Assembly (NCBI GenBank): GCA_011109175.1
Contig: RDEW01000009.1
Coordinates: 253,237-317,236, forward strand
Source of the DNA: Dicyema japonicum
Taxonomy: Eukaryota > Animalia > Dicyemida
Reading direction: 5' to 3'
DNA length: 64,000 nucleotides
Position 1 is the stretch's first letter, and every line of letters begins with the position of its first letter. Positions 38,131 to 51,485 of the stretch are shown here, piece by piece. A program made the translations under genes and the position numbers. Under the pieces are notes generated by a model. That model saw only the letters and a list, made by a program, of their open reading frames with translations, was not told where the DNA came from and ran no database searches.

Positions 38131-38220
38131 GTCTCAGAGTCCCATCAGCCGACAATAGTGCATTCCGGTGTTCAAAACATGGTGAACATCTCAAGATGTA
38201 CATCATCTTCGACAATTGAA

Positions 38221-38271
38221 AAAATTAGACTCCTAATCCTCACTGGGGATGTTGAACAGAACCCCAGGCCC
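38221..38271 (+). other. 2A/StopGo-like motif 1 (variant NPRP)
   Basis: KIRLLILTGDVEQNPRP; AGG where GGN is expected. Confidence 0.7.
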
Positions 38272-38590
38272 CCAAAAAGAGGAAATTCCTCAATGTAATT
38301 CAATTCAACATAAACAGCCTTGCACACAAACCCACTGAATTTTTTGCCTTTCTCACCATTCATAAAATCGATTCCCTCCAACAAGAAACCAAACTATCCA
38401 GAAATCAATTCCTCTTTACTTCAAAGATTATTCAATCACTAATTCTCGTGGCGTCATGTGGTTCACCTTTTGTGGTGGCGCTCAGTGTAATAATACACCA
38501 AAAAGAACCATTTGCTCTTCCCCATCCAGACTCTTTATGCCTGGATGGTATACCTCAACTGGAAACTCGAGATGTTGTTTGTTCCCCTGG

Positions 38591-38632
38591 ATTCTATTGC
38601 TTTCTGGAGATATTGAACAAAACCCCGGACCA
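38591..38632 (+). other. 2A/StopGo-like motif 2 (canonical)
   Basis: ILLLSGDIEQNPGP matches D(V/I)ExNPGP and lies immediately before the APE domain. Confidence 0.88.
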
Positions 38633-41424
38633 AAACCCCTTGTTATTATGCAACTCAATGCTAACGGAATAAAAACAAAGATTCTGGAGTTACGATCTTT
38701 ATTAACGAAGCACAAGATTGACATCTGCCTTATCCAGGAGTCAAAACTTTCTACAAAGAGTCAACCCCACTTTTTCCTGGATACATCTCTATCAGAAAAG
38801 ACCGCATTGGACGTGGTGGCGGCTTACTCACAATTATCAGAAACGGTCTATCCTTCCACGATGTAAGCTTGCAAGTGGATGATTTAATTCTACACGACAA
38901 GACCGCGGAACAAATTTCTATTGATCTTATTAATGGGTCAGAACATCTTATTCTAATCAACATTTACATTCCACCGCCGGGATCCTGTCCTAATAACTAT
39001 GTTCCGAAGCTCGACAAACTACAAGAAATTCGAAATGTGTTACTATGTGGGGATTTCAACGCCAAACATCCGCAATGGCTTAGTACCCAGTCGGCAGACA
39101 AGAGGGGGAGTCTAATTATCGACTCTCTCGAAAAAATGGTGATTCTGAATCACCCGAATGTGTTCACAAGGACACCTATCCGAAGAAATGACAACCCAAC
39201 CTCCCCCGACATATCCATTGCTTCCTCTAGGATTGCCCCGAAGATTTCATGGAACGTCTCCTACGATTTTCATAGTGATCATAATCCGATTATATTAAAA
39301 CTGAGCCGATTCAATAACTCGCGTAGAATTAAAGCAACCTTCAAGGTCTACAAGAAAGCTGACTGGTCGAATTTCAAGCTCTTCATTGACAATAACCTAA
39401 TACACTTTGATCCCACCTCATTTTGCTCCATCGACAAAGCAGTGGACCATCTAAACCATGTAATCCTTCAAGCTGAAAAGTTGTTTGTACCACGTGCAGT
39501 TTAAATCCTACAAGCCTACTCTGGACTCGGAGACTCGTCTCCTCATCAAACAAAGAAACTCCCTGAAGATGAATCATCTGCAAACCTCTTCTGATTTGCA
39601 AAATATAAAATGCTTAAATCAGAGAATTACAAAGCTCATCAGAGAAAAGAAAGATAGGGCGTGGAAGCGCCTATTATCATCTATTGGACATATGAAATCC
39701 ACGAGTCTTTTATGGAAAACTATTCGTCGAATCAAGCTAAACTTATCAGATGAATCAGAATCTTTTTCTGCTCCAAATACTGTGCAAGCTAACAACCTAA
39801 TGAAATATTACGCATCCATAAGCCACAAGGACTTCTCGAAATCCCATTCTTGTCACTTTCGGAATTTAGTGCCTAAACCAACTTCATGGATCAATCTGTT
39901 TACGCATGCCGAGGTCACACAGGCTATAAGATCGATGAAGAGATCTTTTACGTGTGGACCTGACGGCATCCGGGAATTTTGTTAAAACACCTTGGTAATG
40001 CTGCAATCAATTCAATTACGTCAATTTTTAATTTGTCTTCTAACATGAACGTCATCCCATGCAAATGGAAAAACTCACTTATAATACCGATCCTTAAACC
40101 AGGAAAACCGAAAACCTTACCTTCTTCCTACCGTCCAATTTCATTAACGTGCGCATTATCGCGCCTAATGGAGAAACTCGTACTCTGGAAAATTAAACCC
40201 CATTTGCCCGACTGCCACTTTCAACATGGTTTCAAATGTGAGCGTTCAACTACGACACATTTGACTTCACTGTCTCAATTTATATCAGAAGGGTTCAACG
40301 TACCGAAACGCCATCTACGGACAATAATGGTTTCCCTGGATATCCAGAAGGCGTTCGATTCTGTCTCGAGAATATTACTCACGAAGAAGGTTTTTGACAC
40401 CACCATTCAGACGGATTTGAAAAGATGGATAGCCAATTTTCTCTCCGGAAGAAGAGGACGTGTCTGTATAGGCCACGCAAGATCGAGGTCCCGTCTCCTA
40501 CCAAATGGCGTCCCTCAAGGATCGCCCCTCTCTCCGGCATTATTCAACTTGTTCCTCAACGATTTACCCTGCCCTGGAGGACCAGATTCAATGCTTCTCA
40601 CTTATGCTGACGACCTAATCATCGCTAGCAGGAACAAATACGTGGGTACAGCAAAATCAGAGCTTCAGTCACATATTGACGACCTGGGAGCCTGGTTGAA
40701 GTTGAATCGTCTCTCCGTATCCAGGGACAAATCAACATATACAATTTCACCACGGACAGAAAAGAAAAACATACACTGATTTGAACATTTTTGGAGACTC
40801 CTTACCACTACAGACTCGTCCAACTATCCTGGGAGTGACATTTGACCCTTTGATGTCATTTTCTCAACATGTGAAGAACGTTATGACAAAGGGTCTCAGG
40901 AAACTTAATATATCAAACCGCTCTTGAAGTCCAAACCTTCACAGGAATGCGCCCTCGTCGTGTTCAATCAACTCCTAAAACCGACGATTGAGTACGCCTG
41001 TGCCTCATGGGCCTATGGAGCTTCGATATCAAATTCACTCAAGATCAATACCCTAATTGGAAAACTAGCACGTCAAAAATCTACCCCCGATCTTTTCCCT
41101 CCAATGCTTGACCACGCCGCAATCAAAAATAATGGCTCCGGCTTCATCTGTCTGTGTGGCCAAGAAACAAGTCGTTTCTTCCATTCAAGGCTGAAGGCTT
41201 CAAATACACGAAATTTGGGGAAAAACCCCACTCCTCTTCAAACCTAATGAAAGATGATCGTCGTTTATTCAGGAAAGCCGTGGGTACTCTGGAGGAACAC
41301 AGGAAAAACCTCTCGATCCTGTTGAGGCGTACCGGGATCACTTAATTAGTTGGATTACTCCTTCTTTCTTGGTGTTCCCTTTTCGGGGTTATTAAATAAA
41401 TAAATAATAAATAAATAAAAATTA

Positions 41425-42150
41425 TTCAATTTCCCACCATAACCTATCTAATTCAAACATGAGAAACGCTATACTCATCCTTATACATAAGACTATTCCT
41501 TTTTGTGATACTTCTAATCGGACACAAGCTCTCATTGAAAGTGACAATAACATTAAACTTACTTCCATCCTTGTCAATCACACCACTTGGTCCCTGTATG
41601 AAAAAATATTCCTCAAACTGACTGAATTAAACAAAATTCAAAATGTCATAATCTGCGGAGACCTAAACTCCAAAAATCCACTTTGGCTAACCAGAAGATC
41701 CTATCTCAACTTGAAAAACTAGTCATCCTCAATGACAAAAATTCCCACATTCGAAAACTCAAGTACTTCTCCAGACCTCTTTTTATGTTCTCCGTCGCTA
41801 TCTTTTGCGATATCCTGAAAAGTTATATTTGACCTCTATTCTGACCATAACCCGATTCTTTTTCAATCGGGATACTCTCGCCTATTATTAGTCATCGGAA
41901 AACCATAATAAATTACAAACTTGCAAAAAAATCGCTTTCCGATTTTCCGCTGAAAATTTCAAATCGTTTGATACCGCATTGAAATTTTTAATGAGGTTAT
42001 CCTCAATGCCGACAAGAAACATAGTCCAAGAGGAATCATTGCAAACTATAATCCAAATTTATCTAAGGAAATTATAGAAAAGATTTATAAAGCGCCGACT
42101 CAAAAAATCTAGAATCTTTAATGCTTATGTTTTCAATTGTTTAACAACGA
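41425..42150 (+). mobile_element. Degraded APE fragment, same LINE family
   Basis: NVIICGDLNSKNPLWL, TSPDL, SDHNPI. Confidence 0.7.
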
Positions 42151-42329
42151 TAGCGTGGGACGTGAACCGGTCCTGGAGCCCCTCGTATTTCTTATATTTA
42201 CCCTTCTCTTTATTATCATTTTTAGCTGTAGACGAATACGATAAAGAAAATAAAAAAGTACTCTCACAGGACGATTACTAACAATTTAGTGATTATTATT
42301 TAAGTAACACACGTAAAACCATAATAGAT

Positions 42330-43050
42330 AGTTTAACATGTGCGACGAATTCCAAAAAAACTAAGCGGTTTCACTTACCACTGTAATGTGCAATTTCTCT
42401 TAGATTGTTAAGATGATGTCCACATCTCATTTCATTTTTTTTGACGTATTTGAGGTCAGAGTCAACTATCCCAGGAAGTTTGACTCTTAGATGTTCACAG
42501 AAACATGCCCCACTCTTAGCAAAGTATTCTTCCATCGCAATGTTAACCGGTGTATCCATTTTCATTCTCAATATATTTCCCAAGAGCTTCTATAACAAAT
42601 TAGTGATCTCGTTACACACACATTATATGCAGTAGTACATCTCTACGAACTGCATTGAAAGCCACCAAAAAGTTCAAGGATTGTAGTTGTATTTTGGTAT
42701 CTTTGGTTTACAGCGAAAAATCATTTGTGACTCCAAACAATATGTCGTTGATCTCCTATTCCTGAGTCTACTATAACTTGGTGCCAGATAGTTATCCACT
42801 TTATTCTTGATGCGATTCAATGTAACTAACTACAGTAGAGTACTAAGCATGATTAGGTGGTGTAGGTTTTCCATTGAACCAACTGCCTTGTTAAGGTTTC
42901 TGAATATGTATTAAGTTAAAGGAATGGGTATTCCTTTTGGCAAACATAGCATCTAAAAATATTGTAATTTTATCAATGAGGGAAATTGGTAATTTAATCT
43001 GAGACACTCAGATTTGCATAAGATTAGTTTTCAGACCTATGAAGTGATGA
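42330..43050 (-). mobile_element. Degraded RTE-like fragments
   Basis: TLNRIKNKVDNYL..RRST.DIVWSH; GNILRM..PVNIAMEEYF. Confidence 0.65.
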
Positions 43051-45021
43051 GAATTTCTTCAAAATGAGAATATTAAATTTATTTATGTCATTTTTAAGGA
43101 AATTTAAGAAATATATGTTTATGTAATCAGAAATTGATTTTTTACTATGACGCAAAAAGTCAAAGCGCTAAAATCAGGCTCCAGCTACCTTGAGATAGCG
43201 GGCATTGCCACGGATGATAACAATTCCCAGGAACTGTGAAAACTAGCAAAATTTGTTCAAGAGAGAAGTTTGATCAAAGAGAGTGCCCAAATTAACATCA
43301 GACGACAACATGAATAACCCAATTTTCAGGGAAACTAGGACTTGCTAAATAGCTCTCTCTAATCCTACGGTTTTAAATTTATATACAGTATCTCCTTAAT
43401 ACCTTATTTTAGCACATTTTGGTTACTGATTTTTTTCAAGGAGAGTTATTAGTTTAGTTGTAAGATTATATGTTAAGATTAGACAGCTGTTAAATTGACA
43501 AATTTTATCAATCCAATTTAGATGGACTCACTAAAAATTTTGTAAATTCGTAAAATCAAAAACCAAAAGATTAAATTCCATATAATGATCACTTATGACG
43601 TAAAGTAGAATATTATTACTTGTTAGATTACACTAAATAGGATTATTAACATTTAAAAGCAGACAGAATTAGTAATTATAAATGAACTATCGGAATTTGT
43701 TGATATATTTTAATATTTTCATAACTGGAGTAAGTTTCGTTATTAAGCTAACAGATCCTCGTCATACTATCATTCTATTCCGGTGGAATGATAATAACAT
43801 ATTACGGAAAATTAATGATCACTGATTACCTTGAAAGTGCCGGAGCTACTCTTATTGTATTAGGCTTTTGGGGGTCACTCACAATTAGTTTAGCTATAAG
43901 AATGGTTATGAGAAACCGAAATGTGAAATTATTTGTAAAATTTATATTTACAGCCAGTTTACGATTACCATGTCAGTGTTCATCTTTACAGTAATAATTG
44001 CATCAGTCCACATCAGTCGCCGCATATCGGTATTTGAGAAAATATGATTTATTAGGTAATCCACTCATTGGATCTAAAATTCAAAAAAGCAGTCAGCAAA
44101 TATAATTCGAATCAAAAGGAAGTTGATTTTTGGCAAAAATCCTTGAAATGTTGTGGGTCGATCTCCTATATTGAATACGGCTCACATATCCCCGATAGTT
44201 GTTTAGAAGGTAGAAAAATATACGGACAGGTAATTTCCGATCATTAATAAAGGGTTGTGTTATAAAATTTAGCGGTTTTGCTGAAAAATACGCAAATTTG
44301 TTTGTCGTTACCTCAGTGATTGGCCTAGTCACATGGGTTAGAGTAATTTTTATCATTTAGATCCCGATGATAATCCTGCATTACAGACCAATCAAAATCA
44401 CACAGAAACAGCCACGATATTCTAAATTTGATTTAACCCAGCATAATTTATTAGTTAATCAATAAAATTTGACCTCTAAAAACTGCACCATGACTTAATA
44501 ATTTTCGGAAAAACTCAAAATTTACGTTATTTTGACATCTTTCCTTATTTTCGCATTTTCTATAAGGTCAACAAAAAATAAGATTTATTAAACTTTTAAA
44601 GTTTTATAAACTTGTATACAGATCTTTTACATTCCCTTTCACGATTTATAAGAAAATGTCCTTAATCAGTCATCTCTCTTCTCGACTCTCTCTCCTCTTT
44701 AAAATTTTCATAGCGTATATAAACCATCATGTCGCTTCCTTTGTGTGATTTAAAAAATGACTCAAAAGAATCCAATATACAGTTTCTAAACTAAAGAAGC
44801 TTCAGATAGTCAGTGTTCCAAGTACGAATTTCACCTGACCAAAAATTGGTGAAAATTGATTATCTTTTACTTTGAGGAGAAAAAAGAGAGATGTTATTAA
44901 TTCTGTAATGTTCTCTTAATGATCGAAAGTGTTAACTGTAAGTAGTCATTTTATACACACGTGTCAGTCACTCACAATTTTATAAATATTAAGAATTATA
45001 AATATTAATAATTAATTTGAA

Positions 45022-45607
45022 ATGAGGTGGTTGTCATTGCTCGATTTTGGGATTATCTCCAATATTCGTTCTATTGGAATATTCAACGTACGGAAAGACT
45101 TGGCCCACCCAATCCTCGGTGGAGTTAAGGTGAAGTAGCATTAATAATTGTAGTCGATAAATAAGGAGACTGATGATCTATACAGAAGAATCGAAATAGA
45201 ACTTCAAGCACATGACAAGGCAGTTCTTAAAAGTTATCTTGTTTTTGTCTCGATTTCTGCCTCATACCTTGAAATCCCTGTTCAAATGTGAACTATGTTG
45301 TTATCTCAGGTTTTCAACCCACCGAAAGATAAGAAAATGGTCAGTTTTGAAGGCACCAACTGGTAAGGCCAAGCATTTGGTTCAATACGAAACCCGTACT
45401 CTCTACAGACACATTAATGTATTCCCATTCGTAAATTCAGTTATTTAACCTTACCGGCTCAACTGCTGACACTTTTTTGGCCTACCTTCAGCTACAGCTT
45501 CCAGAGGGAGTGGGAATGACAGTAGAATGGGTATTCAGTATTTTGATCAAAACTAGCATCGAATGGACAGACTTCCACATGTTATTAACGAAATTGTTAA
45601 TAAATGA
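45022..45607 (+). CDS. MRPS10: Mitochondrial ribosomal protein S10 (uS10m), five exons
   Basis: Introns 45130-45153, 45288-45309, 45419-45440, 45531-45556; uninterrupted spliced frame [66 protein letters not shown]..DRLP. Confidence 0.93.
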
Positions 45608-45618
45608 ACTATTAGTCG

Positions 45619-46599
45619 TTAATTATTGTTAATGATCTCATATTGTGCTCTCAGTTCACAGAATGAGAGAGTTGCTCCCTCTATGTAACTCGCAAACATT
45701 ATTTTTTTAGTCAATATTGGCTTGACACAAGTGAACACGTTCTCATAGTTGGGAGGAAGTTTTCTATCAGTTACCTTTCCGCAGCTGACTTGGTCGTCTT
45801 CTGGAGTTATGGCGAAAATTTCAAAGTATCGAGGTCTCTCTATCAATCATATTGACTGTCTACCCAAGGTGACAATTCCTGTGTGGATTATTATCTTACT
45901 CAACATAACTGGCCTGCTAAAGGAGTAGTTAAGGCCAGCCAAAAAGTTCCCTTTTGATATGGCACACGTTTTGACATTTTTGTCTATTGCTAACAAAGTG
46001 GGATTGCTGTCAAAAGTAGTCGTCATTTTTAAGTCAATCTTGATTTCATTTGTATGACGTTCTAGATCTATCGCATAACACGTGGTATAACTTTGTTCAT
46101 CAATCTTTTGGGGATATTGACATATGAATGGCAGTAAAGCGAAACAGATATAGTCAAACCATTTCCCAGTTTCAATATCCATACCAACACAATCCTCAAG
46201 GATGTTTGTGGCACTTGGCTCTGTTTTGTACCAATTTGAGTACCCCTTTCCATTAAAATAATTTTACCATCGAGTTTCCTATTTTGTCCACAAAATTTCC
46301 TTCTTTTTTAATATCTGTGTATCCTAGCCACAGTGCAATGGATCCCATTCTAATCTCTTTAAGGAACTCTGCCATTTATTGTCTATACTACCCATAATTG
46401 TATTCAATTCTTCTTCGTTTTGTATTGTGAGCAAATGTCTTCCGGATTCATCACACAGTTTGTTAGAATCAGTGAATGAGAGTAATGTTTGGGGGTAGAC
46501 AGCGTAACACTTACCTTTACTACAGAAATCTAACTCTCCATTTGCTGCGTTTGCATGTAAATTATGAAGTAATAATGATAAATAAAACAAAATCAGCAT
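45619..46599 (-). CDS. Secreted C-type lectin domain + F-type lectin/FA58C-like domain protein
   Basis: Signal peptide; KCY..C..HLLTIQNEEE, LWLGYTD..EGNF, YSNW..EPS..EDCV..GKWFDYIC..FICQ; then LAIDKNVKTCA..LSFCELRA. Introns of 23, 22 and 24 nt remove both frameshifts and the in-frame TGA at 45847. Confidence 0.85.
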
Positions 46600-46794
46600 T
46601 CTACCGCAACTCTGCTGAGAAAAGCGAATTTATTCTTCAATAGATGACATATTTGCGGACATCTGTTGTATCGACTTGTTGAGTTTTTTGTCTCTCAAGA
46701 TTTTTTTATTGATGACAATAAAATTAACGTTTTTTATCGATTTATTAACTCCATGAATTTATTTATTAAAACAATTTATTAAGATAAAGTAAAA

Positions 46795-47010
46795 CTGTTA
46801 TGCCAGGTCTTCATTATGGCCTGCAGACGTAACGGGATTGAGCAGCAATGGGTGTTACGTCTCATAATAGCTTGCCCAATGTTCTAGAAAAGCTATCACG
46901 TCATTCTAGGTTCACCCTTCCGCTTCCCTGCAAGGCGTCCGATTAATCTGACGTGCTCGGCCCAATAACGCAAAACATCTCAAAAAAGATCGGCTGGAAA
47001 ACGAACATGT
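46795..47010 (-). mobile_element. CRE-like 3' fragment (second subfamily)
   Basis: FVFQPIFFE..IGPST..IGRLAGKRKGEPR; matches 36905-37055. Confidence 0.6.
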
Positions 47011-47299
47011 TAACTCCATGAATTATTAACATAAAAAATTCATAATAGCATTAACGATAATATTTTTGGTTTTTTGATTCTTTTGGCGTGATCTGTTTTT
47101 ATTTCTATTTTTGATGTTTAAGATAGGTACTAAAACAAATTTTTAAATTTATATTGAATACAAGCACCATAGGTCGCCTCCCTCAAAGCCTAATCAAGCA
47201 TACATATTGATTTAGTTTGTAAGTACAGTACAATCCCGGCTTGGAGTACCCTCTGTATTAGGGATACCCTCTATATCTGGGGAACCTTTTTATAATTTT

Positions 47300-48150
47300 T
47301 TTTATAATAAGTATCACAACCTCTTTCCTGAAGGAAATTGAGGGGGGAAATTGGCTCATCGTAAGAAAGACGTGTGGGAAGCGGTCTGGCTAATAGTCCC
47401 TCTTTAGGACCGATCTATGTTCCTCTGTACGAGTAATCGCATCACCAAATGAGTTTCTTGTTTCTTTGCAAAAACACATGAATCCTCGACCGTGGTTTGT
47501 CATGGACTCTTCTGAAAAAAGAGTGAGAAGGGGGATGCAATAATGTATGATGCAAACGTGTATTTCTTTGCCTGATTAAATTTAGTTTATTGAGTTTGGA
47601 GGAGGATATCACAAATCTCCATACAGGACAGGCATATTGGAACGATGACCTGATTTTAAAATCTGGATATTCAGTTCACAGGAAAGAAAGGGTACTTCTT
47701 TAAAACTACCTTCAATAAATTAAGCTTTCGCAGTCCCATGTTTATGACTTTTTCTGGTCATTAAGAAGTGGTAAGTAACCCCGAGAATCATCTGTTTCTA
47801 TGATATTGGAATAGGGGTGTTCCCAATGTACACTGTGGTTTCACATTTGGACTAAGAGAATTAATAGCGAGCAAATCATGTACCCTGAACCATCTCCACA
47901 ACTACGGGAGGAGATCTATTCCTTGCGGCAATAATTAGGTCGTCCAAGTAAGATAAAAACATTGTGTCCTGATTTTGATAATTGGCAAGTCGTGTAGAAA
48001 TAAGTTAGACAGAAGAGGAGATATAAAGGAACCAATTGAACCCCATTTGGGAGTAGTCTTGATTTTGAAGTAGTTTTACCGATTCGGAATTTTCCACAGA
48101 TAATATTGTGCTCTATGTTAAAAGTTAAAAAATCTATTGAAATACTTGGA
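47300..48150 (-). mobile_element. Degraded Ingi/Vingi-like RT C-terminus
   Basis: SKSRLLPNGVQ, ILGVT, parallel to 40490-41000. Confidence 0.6.
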
Positions 48151-48400
48151 ATTGATATGTCCTGTGCATTCGATTCGGTACACCGGGGAAAACTTATCTG
48201 AAGAGTTTTCTTCACCCCGACGACGTTAAATAATACGCCTGTTTATGCAGAATACTCATCTTTCTGTCAAAAGTGGCAAATGTACCTCCAACTTTTTTCC
48301 GACTTCATATGGAGTTCCATATGGGGACTCGCTATCCCTGGCCCTCTTCATTGTTTACCTTGAAGCTGCACCAAGAGAGTTCAGGGCCCTGAATGGAAAC
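48150..48400 (+). mobile_element. RTE-like RT fragment
   Basis: LGIDMSCAFDSVHRGKL, GVPYGDSLSLALFIVYLEAA. Confidence 0.7.
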
Positions 48401-48402
48401 AA

Positions 48403-50750
48403 GTTAGTTAGTTAGTTAATAGCACTTCCGCGTTGCCATAAGCACGTAAAATGCCTAGGGGCTCGCTCGTGCCGTACACTCGACTATCCTCCCAGTCAAC
48501 CCTCTCCATCTAGCTCTGTTTCTCTCGCGTTTACAAATATCCTCAAGATCGTCTCCAGTTTGAGTTGACCGCCAATTTGTGCGTAATCGTTGTTAAGGCA
48601 GAGGGGAAGCGTACATCTTGGCCGACCCCGAAATCCAATTCCATGATTTGAATAGTAATCTTTTATGATTTGATTGCAAGGAATCACTTCGTCTATTCTC
48701 AGAACATGTCCGAAAAGTCGCCAGCGTGAGGTAATTACTTCTCTGCTCATTAGTTTGCATTTACATAATTTGTAGAGAGTGTCGTTTTTGATAATCTGGC
48801 CATTTGATTCCCGCAATTTTTCTCAATTGATATCCATGAAATGTGTCTAGTCTGTCAAGGTCAGTTTTTGAAGTTCCCCATGTTCCCGAGTTATATAATA
48901 GGACTGGTTGTATGAACGCGTTATATAAGCGCATCCGAAGATTTAAGGAGATAAGTTTTCTGCGAGTCCAAATACTCAACATCTTTTTCAGTGCACACGA
49001 TGCCAACATCTTTCTACGAGCAATGTCTTCAGCATCACCCAAAAACGAGCCGAGCCTTTTAGTAAACGTCCATTTCTCATCAATCCGTGTCGATAACCGC
49101 TGAATCGAAGTTAACTCTGTTTTTTCTGAATTGATCTTTAAAGACCATTTCTCCAGAACCGTTGTGGCTTTATCTACTGCAGTTCTTAGTACCTCCACAT
49201 CCTCAGACACAAAATCGATGTCATCAGCATATATTAATTCCACAAAATGATTATTTAAGTGACCCAATTCTTTTCTAACGTCCCTCAACGCAGCTTCCAA
49301 ATAGATTGCAAAGAGAACTGGAAAAAGCGAGTTCCCTTGAGGAGTACCAATCCCAGTCGTGAATTTTTCCGAATAGCCCTTCCCCACTTTTACTATGAGG
49401 CTCGTGTAAGCCAGCAAAAAACGCACAATCCTCAAACAGTCCTCATCAATTATGTCATTGAGTAGTTGCAGTAGTTTATCTCGGCAGACAAAGTCGAATG
49501 GTTTCGATAAGCCGACTCCCAGAATATACATTGTTTTTCTGTACTTCTGACATATTGCCGTAAGCCACCGATGACTCCATACTATATCAGCGGTCGATCT
49601 TCCTGGTCCGAATCCGCTTTGACTTAGTGAAAAGTATTGGTCAACTGAATTTGATATTCGATTCAATGTTGTAATCGACAATGTTTTTCGCAAAGTGGTC
49701 AAAATCACGATCGGCCTAAGATTTTCAATCGGACCTGCAGTTTTGCCATGTTTTTGTAAAAGAAGTAGAACTCCCATCGCGATGTCAATTGAACAATGAG
49801 TCCTGAATATCTCGTTGAATATAAAAGTCATCTTTTCTGCTAGCTGGGTTGGTGCGTATTTTAACAACTCTACACAAATATTTTCATAGTCAGCTGTCGT
49901 TGTTATTCCGGCGAATGAGTGCTCCGCGAATCTCGGAATCCGTAAACACATTATTAAGTGAACGAGGATGTTCTTCGAATTGTGTGGGGGTAAAATATCT
50001 CTCGATTGAACTGCTTGCTAAAGTGTTGGGCTATAAGTCCAGCAGAACGGTTGCTTCCAATACAAAGTGACGAACTCATCTTGAATTTTTAAATTGGTTT
50101 TTGCTGACCGGCGGTTTAGTAAACGCACAGCCATAAACATTTTTGCACCTGTATGTAATCTTTCCAATTCCAATACTCGTTGGTCCAAAAAGTCCGACCA
50201 TGATCGGAGCACATTTTTCTTAATTTCGTGTTGGATTGTATTCCGCAATTTTTTTAATTCGGATTTTCGTTCAGGACCACAAGCTTCAATTTGAAGTCTT
50301 ATATCTCGTTGACGGATAGACAATTCATTGACTGTCGAGTTATATGCTCTTTATATCTTTCTGTCATAGTATTTTCGCGAATCCCAACTGTTTCTTCGGC
50401 AGCCGTCATTATGGCTTCAGAGATTTTTTCCACACGATGTGGGGTAGGCCATCCATAGAAATATTGGAGATACTGGTCCATTCGCTGCTGGTATTCGTGA
50501 GGAGTGCAGGATTATTTACTAATTCTTCTCCCGCTATCATCTGTGTTTTTCTGACGTGCATGATTCGTATATAATATTCCATAAGCCTGCTAAGATTCAA
50601 CCGACAGACTACGATCTTTTGATCGCAATTTGTCAATGCTCCTCCATACGAACGAGACTCCACTAATAATCTCTTGCGATTGGAAACAAGTGTGACGAGA
50701 TAATTTATCCGGACGATCTGGATTTTGTTTCTGAGGATACTCAAACACTT
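48403..50750 (-). mobile_element. RTE-like LINE, 5'-truncated, frameshifted
   Basis: ORF 48761-49951: NLRPIVIL, QSGF..RSTAD, GTPQG..LFP, IYADD, RLYNAFIQPVLLYNSGTWG; RWRLFGHVLR, GRPR; tail GTGCTATTAACTAACTAAC. Confidence 0.9.
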
Positions 50751-50779
50751 CAGTACATGCTCAGCGTAATCCCACACAT

Positions 50780-51460
50780 ATTTTCGAAATATTTCTTATC
50801 CGTAAATCCAGACAAAACGGAATTTACAACGCTTACACGTACTAATCTGAGTTCGGACAAGTTGTGAGAAAGCAAAAGAAGGCTTGCTCGCTTCTAGGAG
50901 ACTCTGAAGATGTTACTCGTAAGAAGATCTTTCTATGAGTGCATTAAAAAAATATCGTCAATTTGGAACCACAAGAAGAGGATCGGATTATACACCAGGC
51001 TTAAAATATACAAAGCTTTTGTCATCCCGGTTCTAACCTACAACTCTGGGACTTGAGGAATCTCTAAACGGGAAATTTACCGTCTTGACTCCACAGAGCT
51101 CAGCTCAAATCGGTAATCAAGATTAACTGGTTTATGAAGATCTCTAATGCAAACCTTTATAATAAATGCAAATCCGGCGTGCTGTCAGACGATATTTTCA
51201 AATCAAGATGGAGCCTCTTTGGCCCCTGATTTAAATGATCAGTCCCCGCAAATGTCGTTATGGACAACTACTTCGCACACACATAAGCCGGATTCCGTAG
51301 AAGGCCATTAACGACACTTCGGCTATCTTGAATGAAAACCTATAGGCGGTTGGTATGACGACCTGGACTACCTAAGAGAACTAGCGCACAACAGAGATCT
51401 TCGAGGCTGACAGAGAGGATAATTCGGAATACGGCACAAGGGAAACTTAACTAATTTTAT
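50780..51460 (+). mobile_element. RTE-like 3' fragment
   Basis: SLLGDSEDVTRKK, RLKIYKAFVIPVLTYNSGT, SRWSLFG; end ACGGCACAAGGGAAACTTAA as at 26949. Confidence 0.75.
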
Positions 51461-51485
51461 GATTTCTCGGGATTACACTCAATAA

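Larger units (their letters stand above)
38135..41420 (+). mobile_element. Near full-length APE-RT LINE with N-terminal 2A-like motifs, no RNase H seen (Ingi/Vingi-like), frameshifted
   Basis: LLLSGDIEQNPGP-KPLVIMQLNANG, IQESKL, INIYIPP, GDFNAKH, SPDIS, SDHNP, GPDG, YRPISL, QHGF, DIQKAFD, GVPQGSPLSP, YADD, LGVTFD; (TAAA)n tail. Confidence 0.9.

Noticed and set aside
45847-45849. In-frame TGA as selenocysteine, readthrough or a variant genetic code
   Set aside because: It lies inside a 24-nt GT-AG intron; TAA, TAG and TGA all serve as normal stops in this window
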